DNA of 64,000 nucleotides from Felis catus (Eukaryota), in NCBI RefSeq assembly GCF_018350175.1, contig NC_058368.1:232564001-232628000 (forward strand), written 5' to 3'. The translations under genes were made by a program, and so were the position numbers. Below the pieces are notes generated by a model. It ran no database searches and was not told the DNA's origin. It saw nothing but the letters and a program-made list of their open reading frames with translations. Below are positions 25,474-37,399 of this stretch, piece after piece (positions within the stretch are counted from its first letter, which is position 1; each line of letters opens with the position of its first letter).

Positions 25474-25920
25474 AAGATTTTTTTTTAACCCATGTTACTT
25501 TCTCATGTCAGCCACTTAAGCTAACAGTGATGACAAAGAAAGAGAAAAATAGAATAATGCGTAGTTGCTTTTCCTTTCAGTCTTTCCTTATTCTTTAATG
25601 AACCAAAAGTAGAGAATGATGGTAAAATGTACACACAGGAAGTAAAAACCAAAGCAAAAGGCAGGTGATTCGATGTTGTGCAGGGTCTCTCGTCTTCTGT
25701 AAGATCAAAACACACATGTGTGTATGAGCCATGTAGTGTGAATTTTATAAAGTTGGTGGTTTTACAAATGAATTAAATGCTTTAATATTTACATTAAACA
25801 CTGGTATTACATAATATGAAAATGAATAGTAAAATTCCTAACAATTTAAAAATTTATTTTCATTACTTAGAATGACATTGCACTAAAAAAAAATGACATT
25901 CTTGTGCTTTACATATTTTT

Positions 25921-25991
25921 CCCTGCTTCTTGAATAAGAAGCCTGCTTTTTTATCTCGTACTAGGTCCTACAAATTATGTAGCCAGCTGTG
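25921..25991 (-). mobile_element. MER91-like hAT end
   Basis: Minus strand reads CAGCTGGCTACATAATTTGTAGGACCTAGT, resembling the remembered MER91 terminus. Confidence 0.55.
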
Positions 25992-26054
25992 CCTAGATAT
26001 GTTTTTATACCTTTTCTCTGAAATGCCAGAACTCAGATAGTGGATAGGTATTGA

Positions 26055-26072
26055 ATATATACGCATGTGTGT

Positions 26073-26117
<45 letters not shown>

Positions 26118-26285
26118 TGTGTGTATTCACATGCGCATATATATTCAAGATTATATATATATATTCAAGATATATATATATATGCAAGATATATATATAC
26201 ACTCAAGATATATATATATATATATATACACTCAAGATATATATATATATATACACTCAAGATATATATATATATATCTTGAATC
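26055..26285. repeat. (TA)n-based minisatellite with a CAAGAT core
   Basis: Six CAAGAT cores separated by variable (TA)n; the last three are preceded by ACACT. Confidence 0.9.
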
Positions 26286-27228
26286 AAAATGAGTCCTCAT
26301 TTCACTATTGCACATTCTTTATTCTAATACACACTTTCTAAAAGTACTTAATATATTTTTTTCATTTAGGATGGTACCTTATAATTGATATATTGTTTGT
26401 AGTATATTTCTTCTCCCAGCCAAGAGTTGATTAAATGAATGGTGGATCCTAAAACCAGTCTTACACAGAAGAAAATCCACAACATTGCCTAAATTATCTC
26501 CGTAAATTAGACAAAGCCGTGGAGTCCGTGATACACATGTGATGTCTCTACGCATCAGGCACAAGGCTCCTCACCAGCTCATTCCCCAATCTTCCCCCAT
26601 CCCACCACAGCACTGATATAATAAGCAGAATTAGAGAAGAATCAGAGGGGAATCAAATCCTGTTCCAATTAACTGGACGCTTGCCTTGAAATGGAGGAAG
26701 AAAGGAGTGTGGCCAGTGAGAAGCAGCCCCAACCTGGAAAGCCATGTGGGACTCATAAGGGAATGCTTCCTGTTCATTCAGGCAATGCGTTAAGGCCAAA
26801 TTTCCCTTCAAATCTCACTTCCTGAACGAGCAGCATCAGCAACTAAAAATTGTGATACAAGGTGGCCAGGTCTTGTTCCAAGAGGAGTCATTTAAGATCA
26901 TATCTGCCATTGCTCATACCATCATTGTTAGGAAAAGCACACAAATCACGAAATCATTTGGCCTTATGTCCATCTCTGTGCCCAATCATGTATACTTGTT
27001 GGTAAAGAGGGTATACTTTGTTTAAAGGTAAAAAATTGGCAGCTGACAATGAGTAGAAAATATCGCTAAATATCGGAGAATAGTCCAGAAGGAACCATAC
27101 AAGAGCAACCAGACAGAATCATCCAATGCCGACATGCGGTTTTGAAGTCTTGAAACTGATAATCTGGGTGTTTCTAGGTCACAAACAGTAAGTCATTTTT
27201 AAAAAGTTGTATATGAAAAGGACACGAA

Positions 27229-27425
27229 GGGGACACCTGGGTGGCTCAGTTTGTTGAGTGACCGACTTGGGCTCAGGTCATGATTGCACAGTTTGGGAGT
27301 CCGAGCCCCACGTTGGGCTCTGCACTGACAGCTCGGAGCCTGGAGCCTGCTGCAGCTTCTGTGTCTCCCTCTCTCTGTGTCCCTCCCCTGCTTGCATGCT
27401 CTCTCTCTCCCTCTTTCAAAATACA

Positions 27426-27456
<31 letters not shown>

Positions 27457-27458
27457 AA
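27229..27458 (+). mobile_element. CanSINE with (TAAA)n tail
   Basis: Head, (CT)n and tail; flanking AAAGGACA repeat. Confidence 0.95.
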
Positions 27459-29787
27459 CGAAAGGACATGCAACTAATTCTGGTCAATCTGATATGAGCG
27501 GCAACGACCCATGTGCCTTCTGAGCCTGAACACATAACACCTGCTGAGTGACACTCGGTCTTCCTTCAAAGCCATATGTTGAGGTATTGGCATCACAAGA
27601 TGGAGAATGCCTGCATCATTGGGCCAACAAATGCCCTGGGGAGTTGTTCCGACCAGGGGTGAGACTTGACGGTGCTAAGCCTTGAGGTTCTGTGTTAATG
27701 ATCACAGCAAAATCTGTTCATACTTGTCCTCGGCACCTCCTCCTTCAGTGAGTGCCTGCTTCCTGCCATCCCTTCTGATACCCTGGATCCTCCTCATGCT
27801 GCCCTCTGGTGAGTCACGTGAAATCCCCTTCGGGCTTTTGAGAAGACAGTGTCCCTCTGCTCCCTTAGTTCCCTCCCACAAAGTCTCGGGTGGTAACATC
27901 ACAGAAATGTGAACATTAGTTTTAGTGGGACCAGCATGTGCATTCTCCCTAAGGCTCAGCCTTCACCAAAAGTCCTGCCTAATGTGAGCGAATGCAGAGG
28001 AGGGGCTGGTAAGAGCCCCCTTTTAGTAAAAGAGGCGAATGGGGCCAGTGATTGTCATCCTACCCCCAAAACCAGCCTTGCCTTTCTGTCGACTGTGGGA
28101 GTACTTGCATTTGGAGAACAAATGCAGACATTTGGATTCGTGAAGACGTCCAGATGGTTCGAAACACTGTGAGAATGAATATGTCCCTCTCAACTGAGAG
28201 ACACTCTGCAGGAATAATGTGCCTTTGACTGACATTGATTAGTATGCTTTAGGAGGCTTTCATACATTGTATTGCATGCTTAATTTAAGGAAAAAAATCT
28301 AGGATCATATGTATGCAAAGGTAGCATATATATTATGTCATATATGGTACATACAGAAACATCTTGCCTCCTTGATTCTGTTACTTAAATATGAGTAGAT
28401 TTTGTTGAGAATATCAAACACTTCTAACACAGGGAATGAAAAATTACCTTAGATTCAATTTTAGGAGGAGAGAAAATCCTACTGTTTGCTGTCAATTAGA
28501 AGCAATTATTATGGGTTGTAGAGCCATGAACAGACTCTGTCAGGTGATGAGGGCCAAGAGAAAAAGGCTTTGCATTCATATGCAAAATTTCACAGTAATG
28601 ATGCTGACATTTTGTGGAGTTGGAGAGTAGCCCTGCAAAAAATGCATAAGAAAGCCAGAATGTAAAAATAAGGAATGAGCAATTTTCCCAATAATTAGGC
28701 AATAACAAATGCATCACCTTATCCATTAATTATTTACAATGAGTTTTCTTATGCACTAGCATTAAATAGTCTCACTTCTTTCAAACTTGGCCACCTCACG
28801 TATCAAAACAAAATTTCATAGGCACTGCAGGAGAAAAATAAAGAACAGAATGGGCCAATTTCTATGAAATAAAAATAATTTACTGGACAATATGGCGTCT
28901 CTGAGGGCTTGGAAGGAAATCTCGGATTCTATTATTCCATCCATCACATACTAAGGTGCTTTTTGTAAGGGTCTTTAACATCAACTGAAGAAATTTTGTA
29001 TCTCAAGAGAAGTTTGTATCTCTTCACACTAATGAAGAGTAAGACTTTGTGACCTGATTGTGATCAGAAAGGATGCCAGCACATTAGCATGACAGGTGGT
29101 GCTTCAGGTGACTGAAATGCCAAACGCAGACATGTTGGATGCTTCCCAGCTAATGGACCCTCAGGTGGATGTACCAACACAGACACTGAAAATGAACCAT
29201 ATGGAAGACCCTCAAGTTCCCTGGGCTGATCGAATACAGCAGCTTTGTGATAAATGATGAAGGCATACATTTGAGAGAGCAGGAGTTATTGCAAAATCTT
29301 CCGGAAAAAGAAAAATGGCTTGAAAAAACAAATATGTAATCTCACAGTGTTTAATTATACAGAATTACTGCTTTGGGACCTGTGATCAATAACAAATTAG
29401 ATACAGTTTCATCAATTCTGATGTGGAAATTCCTTGTGAATTATCTCACAGGAGGAATCACAGGTTATTCAAAATTACTTTTTTTCAAAAGTTTTGTATA
29501 CACTGTTGTCATAAAATAATCTGTAACGCTTTCCCAACCACTTTTCATTGGAAACACTCTTTCCCTGGCTAATTCCTTGAGAGGATAAATACAATATTTA
29601 TAATCTCCCTTCCTTTAATTAACTATTGAAAATATTCTAATAGTAGTTTCTAATCATAAAATTGTTTGATTTCTATTTTTAACTCATTTTTGCTGTTTCC
29701 TGAAATATTGTAAGAATTTCAGTAACTAAAATCACTAACTAAATGTCATAAAATCCCAATGACATTACTTAGCTCTGGAACAATCTT

Positions 29788-30465
29788 ATTTTATTTTATT
29801 TTATTTTATTTTATTTTATTTTTTAATTTACATCCAAATTAGTTAGCATATAGTGCAATAATGATTTCAGGAGTAGATTCCTTAATGCCCCTTACCCATT
29901 TAGCCCATCCCCCCTCCCACCACCCCTCCAGGAACCCTCTGTTTGTTCTCCATATTTAAGAGTCTCTTATGTTTTGTCCCCCTCCCTGTTTTTATATTAG
30001 TATGCTTCCCTTCCCTTAAGTTCATCTGTTTTGTCTCTTAAAGTCCTCATATGAGTGAAATCATATGTCTTTTGAAATCAATTAGTCTTTCTCTGACTAA
30101 TTTCACTTAGCATAATACCCTCCATAACTACTTCCATCCACGTAGTTATGAATGACAAGATTTCATTCTTTTTGATTGCCAAGTAATACTCTCTATGTAT
30201 ATCACGTCTTTTTTATCCATTCATCCATTGATGGAAATTTGGGCTCTTTCCATACTTTGGCTATTGTTGATAGTGCTGCTATAAACATTGGGGTGCATGT
30301 GTCCCTTCCAAACAGCACACCTATATCCCTTGGATAAATACCTAGTAGTACAATTGCAGGGTCGTAGGGTAGTTCTATTTTTAATTTTTTGAGGAAGCTT
30401 CATACTCTTTTCCAGAGTGGCTGCACCAGTTTGCATTCCCACCAGCAATGCAAAAGAGATCCTCT
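29788..30465 (-). mobile_element. 5'-truncated felid L1 3' end with TSD
   Basis: Reverse complement closely matches the L1 at 7050-7650; (TTTTA)n tail; TSD TGGAACAATCTT at 29776-29787 and 30466-30477. Confidence 0.95.
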
Positions 30466-30477
30466 TGGAACAATCTT

Positions 30478-31270
30478 TTTAAAAACTTTGTCTTGCAATA
30501 GTTTAAGACTCATACAAGTTTTCCAAAAGAGTACAGAGAGTTCCTGCATACCCTCACCCAGATTTCCACAACAGTATCTCTTATATAACCACAGTGCATT
30601 GTCAAAACCACAATGATGAGGTTGGTATGATACTATCAAAACCTGTGTGGACGTTACTGAGATTTTACCAGTTTTTGTTGTTGTTGTTTTGTTTTGTTTT
30701 GTTTTTAACATGCCCTCAGGTTCAGCGGGAGGTGAGACGGGAAGGAAAAGGTAAAGATATATAGCTCCTAGATTTTAGCATACGTACGTATTTGAATAGT
30801 GGTCACCAGAATCAAGAGAGAGAAAGAGACCTAGTGCATCACCTCAAAGAAACTTCCCTGTATTATCTTTTAACAACAATATGCTTCCTAAAACTCCAAC
30901 CCCCTGACAGCCACTCTCCTGTCATCCATCTCTGTAATTTTGTCATTTTTTTTTAAATTTTTTTTCAACGTTTATTTATTTTTGGGACAGAGAGACAGAG
31001 CATGAACGGGGGAGGGGCAGAGAGAGAGGGAGACACAGAATCGGAAACAGGCTCCAGGCTCTGAGCCATCATCCCAGAGCCTGACGCGGGGCTCGAACTC
31101 ACGGACCGCGAGATCGTGACCTGGCTGAAGTCGGACGCTTAACCGACTGCGCCACCCAGGCGCCCCAATTTTGTCATTTTTTAAAGTGATACATCAATAG
31201 AATCACACAGCATATGAACCATTGGTAGTGGACTTTTTTTTCCTCTTGGCAAACTACCTTGCTATGCATC
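30478..31270 (-). mobile_element. Old L1MC-like 3' fragments, interrupted
   Basis: AGTACAGAGAGTTCC...ATACCCTCACCCAG...TATAACCACAGT and CCCCTGACAGCCACT...TAATTTTGTCATTT. Confidence 0.65.
30952..31166 (-). mobile_element. Young SINEC_Fc with TSD
   Basis: Near-consensus; TSD AATTTTGTCATTTTTT at 30936-30951 and 31167-31182. Confidence 0.98.
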
Positions 31271-31872
31271 TGAGTTACTGCCTCAGTATTTATGTGGTTC
31301 AACATCCCCATTTCCCTGAAACGTTGACATCTGTTTTTAAGTGCTCATAAACTTATAGCGAGAAGGAACCAGGTCTTGATTTCATAGAAGAGAATTATAT
31401 CAAAGGATGACGTGCATTTAGGGAAATCAGCCCTTGCCTAGAGCACACGCAGATAGAGACGATATGGTTGAGAATCATGGAAACCGTTTAAGCAGGTCAC
31501 CATCATCATCAACTTTGCATGTTAGGGTCTCTGATAGTCTGTGGAGAATAGTCTGGAGGGACATCAGGTAGGTGTATCTCTCCTTCCTGATGCAGGTAGG
31601 TAGGTTTCGTCCTCCCTGACAAAGCTCACCGTGGTGAAGAATACCCAGCACCCTCCTGGCCTGGGAAGACTGTGTGAGTGGTGATGTTTGCCAAGTGTTC
31701 ACACATTAACCATCTGTTATTCCTGAATGAGGAGATCCCATCCTGATCATCATGGTTTCAGTTGAGTTCCAGCCAATGTTGAGAGGATGAAAGAAAAAAT
31801 ATGTTAAGATCTCATTTCCTCAAGAATATGATGCTTTTGGTTATGCCTTGTGATAAGTAGGAACGGTTTCTA

Positions 31873-31905
31873 TTTTTTAAGAGTTTATTTATTTATTTGT
31901 TTGTT

Positions 31906-31940
<35 letters not shown>

Positions 31941-32032
31941 CAAATGGGGCTCGAGCTCATGAACTGTGAGACCATGACCTGAGCCAAAATCAAGAGTCAG
32001 ATGCTTAACTAACTGAGCTGCCCAGGTGTCCC
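31873..32032 (-). mobile_element. Internally deleted CanSINE
   Basis: Tail and (GA)n join directly to GGGGCTCGAGCTCATGAACTGTGAG. Confidence 0.88.
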
Positions 32033-32889
32033 AGAAATAGTTCCTATTAAACAGGAGAAAAAGCTTATGTGACTAGAATACTGTAAGATAAATTTAGTGT
32101 CTAAACTCTTATTACTGTTAAACTCAGTTGCTATTTGTTTTTTGTTTTGTTTCTAATTTTCATGTTGGACGCTTTTGAGAATTTGATTAAAACCATTCCT
32201 CTTCAGTGGAAAGTGCCTACACACCCGTGGCTTTGGGTGGAATTGAACTTAGACCCCTATATGTCCATTCATGAACACCTTTCGGTTTCCCATGGGCCGA
32301 AGGTTGAGAATCCCCATATTATATAACTGGAATTTTTCTAAGGAGATTTTTAGGCTGACATGCTCGTTATAAACACTTTGCTTGTTTTTTTTATTTCCTC
32401 AAAAGATACTCTCAATTCTCAAAATCTTTAGAGAAGAGGTTTATACACTGAGTGAAACTGAACAGAGATTAATAGACCAATCTAGATTTTCTCAATGCAC
32501 AATACGGAGAGAAGGGGGATAATTACAATTGTAGAATCCAAGCAGCAAAAACAACCATGAAGACAAAGAAGTTGATTCTCAAATTTAAGCCCATTTCGTG
32601 ATAAAAGAACAACATAGGAAGCTATCTTTTTTTGGCAGGTGCTTAACACATACAAATATATTTGTATTTCTACATCTACTTTTTAAAGAGTTTTTAATAA
32701 AGTTGTTAATAAAAGTGTGCGTTGGCTTTGATAAGTATGTCTAAGTTTCATGTTTTTGCATTTCATAACAGTTCCTTGAGCTACAATAATGTGTTCGTTG
32801 TTTAGAACTAACCAGGGCTTATGGATGGGAGAAGAGAATATTATTTAAGACTAAGCTAAATGAATATCTTTGCTTTAAACATTACACAG

Positions 32890-33125
32890 TGCAGTCATCC
32901 TTGCCAGGGGTGAAGGTGCATCTTCGTGTAGGAGACAGGAGGACGTTCCCTTCCAGGGAATCTTTAACAAAGTCCAGAAATACTTTAGGTTGTCACCACT
33001 GGGGGTAAGGGGATACTACTCTCATCTACTGGGTAGAAGCCAGGAATAGTGAAATACTCTGCAATGTAGCCCCCTAACAAAGACGTATTGACCCAAAATG
33101 CCAATAGTGCCCAAACCCCCAACCT
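32890..33125 (+). mobile_element. MER20 (hAT-Charlie)
   Basis: GGTTGTCACCACTGGGGG...CATCTACTGGGTAGAAGCCAGG...CCCAAAATGCCAATAGTGCC. Confidence 0.8.
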
Positions 33126-33189
33126 AGAGTGACATAACAAATCCCTATAGCCCAATTTAGGGTTCAGATTATCTACACGATTCACAATC

Positions 33190-33511
33190 ATATCACTCTG
33201 TTCAAGCTCTCATAACAAAATACCATAGACCGGGTGGCTTAAACAGAGGATTATCTCCCATAGTTCTGGGAGCCAGAAGCCCCATATCAGGGTGCCAACA
33301 TGGCTGGCTTCTGGTGAGAATTCTTCCAGATGGTGTCTTCTAGCAAAGGAGAGTAAGTTCTCCAGTGTCTCTTCCTATATAGGGGCACTAATATGGCCCC
33401 GATGGCCTCATCCACACCCGAGTAATCCCCCAAAGCCCCATCTCTAGATACCATCGCAAAATTAAACGTATGAATTGGGAGTAGTAGAGGGATACCACTC
33501 AGTCCACAGCA
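33190..33511 (-). mobile_element. MLT1A-like MaLR LTR
   Basis: CATAACAAAATACCATAGACCGGGTGGCTTAAACA...TCAGGGTGCCAACATGG...CAGTCCACAGCA. Confidence 0.8.
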
Positions 33512-34986
33512 GTAATTTAAAAAAATATTTAAATACTTAAATCAGTAATAATGATACATTCAAGCGAATCTAGAATACCCTGTAAAGAATAACATAACAG
33601 GGAATACCTAATATGTGCACCTTAGTTCAAGTGTAAATGTGCGAAACACATAACCCTCAGTGAGACTACATTAGATTTTCAGACCTTGAATAATTAAGAC
33701 AACAGAAAGGTTAATTTACCTGTGAAGGATGTGTTGCAAGTTTGTTAAAGCAATGAACCTGAAAAATACAGGTTATCAGTCTCAGATTTTTTGTAGCATT
33801 TAAGAGATTTTAGAGTGAGCTGTAAACTTGGATTTTGAAAATTCTCTCCTAAATATTTTCAACATGGACTTCTGGCTGCCAGGCTAGGGGTGGATAGCAG
33901 GAAGGCTTTCTTTTACGAATCCAGCTACTGCTTTGAAATTCAGCTTCAAGATTTCTATAACTAATTTGGCGCAGGATTCATATTCCTTTCCTACTTTATG
34001 TATGAATCACTATTTGATTTTCCTGTTACCACTAACATTAAAATTTTATAAGCCACCGAACAGGTAAATTGAAAAGGGAAAGAGAACTTTCTCTAGAAAG
34101 TGACAAAATAGTAATAGCATTAGGGAACATATAAATTCTCCAGATGTTTCCTGAAAATTTTCTTCCCTGAATATCTTTCTGTATCAGCTCACATCCTTTT
34201 GACTTGAGCTAGCTCAAGCAACACAGAAGTGAGTAGTATGTGCGAGAGAACACACTCTTATGACGCAGGACGGCATACCTCTGCTTCGACGGGAAGCTAA
34301 TTGCTTCCATTTCGCTTGCTTAACCTCCTGAAAGAATAGCACTCCTGCCTCGCATTTTTAAAACTGCCCTTTACTCTTAACTTTCCCTCTGCTGCTGTCC
34401 TCGTGGCCCTAATGTCCTCAACAAAACCACAGGAAAGAGTGGTCTACACTTCCTGTCTCTACTTTGGTGTTTTTCACTCCACCTTCAAGGCATTGTGGCC
34501 CGGATTCTGCCCCTCTTCCCAATGAGGCCACTACTTTGCCCTTTCCTTCCTCTCTTCCACGGACCCTGTGTCGCTAGTCTTCGTGGTCTCTCAGGTCGTA
34601 CCCCCAACTCTTCATTCTTTGCTTCTCCCTTAACAATAAATTGTGAAAGCCCACAGATTCTTTAGACCGTCCGTACAACACACTCTCGAATCTCAGCAAA
34701 GTCTCTTGCTTTCATCATCACCCAAACGCAGGATTTCTCAAGCACACCTTGTCACGCCATTGTCCTGAGGAGCAGACACACGAGTGTGAGTGACATCCAT
34801 TCAAAGATGAACTGCTCACATTCGTCTCCTCATGTCCCCTCATCGCTGCCACCGTGACCCACTTGCCTATCATAAACTCTGGTTTTCCTCCTACGTCATA
34901 ATAAATGGCACCAGGGTAGAGATCAAGACACTCTTTCATTACTGGGTTCTCACCTTCTACCGTATTGCGCAACTTCGTCAAAAGCC

Positions 34987-35447
34987 TTTTTTTTTTTCTT
35001 TTACTTTTTCTTTTTCAATTTGAGAGAGCAAGAAGGAGAGAGAGAGCACTAGTGGAGGACAGGGGCAGAGGAAGAGAGACAGAGAGAATCTCGAGCAGGC
35101 TCCACACTCCGCGCAGAGCCCGAGGTGGGACTTGATCCCATGACCCTGAGATCATGACCTGAGCCCAAATAAAGAGTCAGACGCTTGGGGCACCTGGGTG
35201 GCTCAGTTGGTTAAGCGACAGACTTCGGCTCAGGTCATGATCTTGGAGGTCCATGAGTTTGAGGCCTGCATCAGGTTCTGTGCTGACAGCTTGGAGCCTG
35301 GATCCTGTTTCTGATTCTGTGTCCTCCTCTCTCTCTGCCCCTTCCCTGCTTGTGCTCTTTCTCTCTCTCTCTCTCTCAAAAATAAATAAACATTAAAAAA
35401 AAAAAAAAGAGTTGGAAGCTCAATCAACTGAGCTACCCAAGGTGCCC
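34987..35447 (-). mobile_element. Older CanSINE split by a nested SINE
   Basis: The body stops at AAAGAGTCAGACGCTT (35171-35186) and resumes as AAAGAGTTGGAAGCTCAATCAACTGAGCTACCCAAGGTGCCC. Confidence 0.9.
35187..35405 (+). mobile_element. CanSINE nested in a CanSINE
   Basis: Complete head-to-tail copy inside the opposite-strand SINE. Confidence 0.95.
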
Positions 35448-35810
35448 TAAGAGCCTTTCTTATAGATGAGATAGCAGTGACACCGCCGAGTTTCTCAATA
35501 CACAACCTGCACAGTGATACAGGGTATGCTGGTATTCTCCTTCTCTCTCACTGTCAAAGCTCAGACAATCACCAAATATAGTTGGCTCCAATTCTGGAAT
35601 ACCTCTTGCATCTATCCATCTTCCCCATCCAACTCCTAGGAGGACCTATAATCCTCTTTTTCCTGGTTATGGATCCAGCTCTGAGTTATCTTGTGGTCTG
35701 CCTCTCTAAAATCTACAGCCACAGGGACTTTATGGGCGGGCGTAAGTATGGTGCATAAGCTCTTTAATGGCCTCTCATCACTGCAGACTATGTACAAACC
35801 ACCTGGCTCT

Positions 35811-35990
35811 AAGAGCGGCTGGGTGCCTCAGTCGGTCAAGCATCCAACTTTGGCACAGGTCATGGTCTCACAGTCCGTGGGTTCGAGCTCCCAGTGGGAC
35901 TCTGTGCTGACAGGTCAGAGTCTGGAGCCCAGTTTGGATTCTGCGTCTCCATCTCTCTCTGCCCCTCCCCCTCCCTCCCTTCCTTCCTTC

Positions 35991-36022
<32 letters not shown>

Positions 36023-36095
36023 CTCTCTCTCTCTTCTTCTCTCTCAAAAATAGACATTAAAAAATAGATACAAACAAACAAACAAGCAAACAAAA
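35811..36095 (+). mobile_element. CanSINE with expanded (CT)n
   Basis: TSD CCACCTGGCTCT at 35799-35810 and 36098-36109. Confidence 0.93.
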
Positions 36096-37399
36096 ACCCA
36101 CCTGGCTCTCAAGTTGTCCAGATCTGGCCCCTCCTCCCCCTCATAACCCTTATTCTTCCTCTCCAGGGTTCGAACTTGCTCACCTCCTTCATTTGTCCCA
36201 AAGCAAATGCCCCAAAGGCACCATGTTCTCTCTCTCACCTTTGCCCCATCCTCCACCTGGAACAATTTTCCCCACTTGCATCCTTCACCCCTGCTTCAGG
36301 TCTCAGCTTAAATGTCCCTGTATAAGGGTCCCCTCCTCTGACCCCAGACCAGGCTGAGTCGGCTCTCCTTGCATCTGTCATTTCCCTGTGCCTCTCCTGT
36401 TATGCCAGGACGGATGGCGTGTTCGAGTGACTGCAGGTTTCGTTGTCTGTCACCTAGGAAGATGACAGATAGTGTTCACTAGCATGCAGCGTATCACTCG
36501 GCACACAGTAGGCACTTAACAAACCACTGCTGTTGATCAAATCCTATTGTTTCCTTAGAAACGGGTGAAACACACAGAAATAAAAGCTCTAAAGATTTTA
36601 GGCGGCTGTAATTTCTAAGCTATTTTCGAAAACTTAAAATGTCTTCCTAAGAAAATTCTAGAATACCATTTAAAAATTGAAAATCGTTTCTTTTTTTAAA
36701 AGGTAACATTCGCCACCTGCAAACTCAAGTCTGCACTAATGCAAGTTTTTTTTTTTTCCTCCTGCAGAGAATCAAGCGACAGCTTTTCTGAGAAAGATAA
36801 AGTGGTGTCTTTTTTTATTTCCAAGTGTGTTTCCCATTGAAATCTGTGAGATTAAATTTCCCTGAGGGAGGAAAACCGAGACTAATAAGTGAAAAGACTC
36901 ATCATTTACAAACGTTGCGAATTTTAACATTTTTACTGTAGACTATAGACACCTGACATTACGGTGATACACATGGCATATCCCACCCCCCCCCACCCCC
37001 CCGGGTTGTTTTGTTTCCTTTTCCTGTCGGGGGGGAGGTGGATTGTTCATATTTTGTGACACCTTCCCTCCCTTCCTTCATAAACCATGCTCAGAATCTA
37101 TAAACAAACATATAAAATTGCATCCTTGCTGAGTACCAGATTCTAAAGGGGACGTGATGCACCTGCCTCCAAGATGTAATAGGACACCTCCCAAAGGAGA
37201 ACGGTTTCTTGATTCAAGACTGTTGGGTAATTCTTTTGCGCTGCAAATTTGTGAACAAGGACTACAGCCGATCACATGTTACCTAAAACAAGCGTCTACA
37301 GTTGCGTGCTTTGTTTGGGTGCTAACATTTTATCTCCTGCATTTTGATGACAGCCTTGTTAGAGTCTCAGCGGGGTGGCAGCTGTTAGCTTTTAGTCCT

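Larger units (their letters stand above)
34370..36540 (+). mobile_element. Fragmented L2 including its 3' end, interrupted by SINEs
   Basis: CTCCACCTGGAAC...TTCAGGTCTCAGCTTAAATGTC...GGCACACAGTAGGCACTTAACAAA. Confidence 0.65.

Noticed and set aside
26055..26285. Repeat-spacer-like pattern suggesting a CRISPR array
   Set aside because: The spacers are only (TA)n, the context is mammalian and there are no cas genes.
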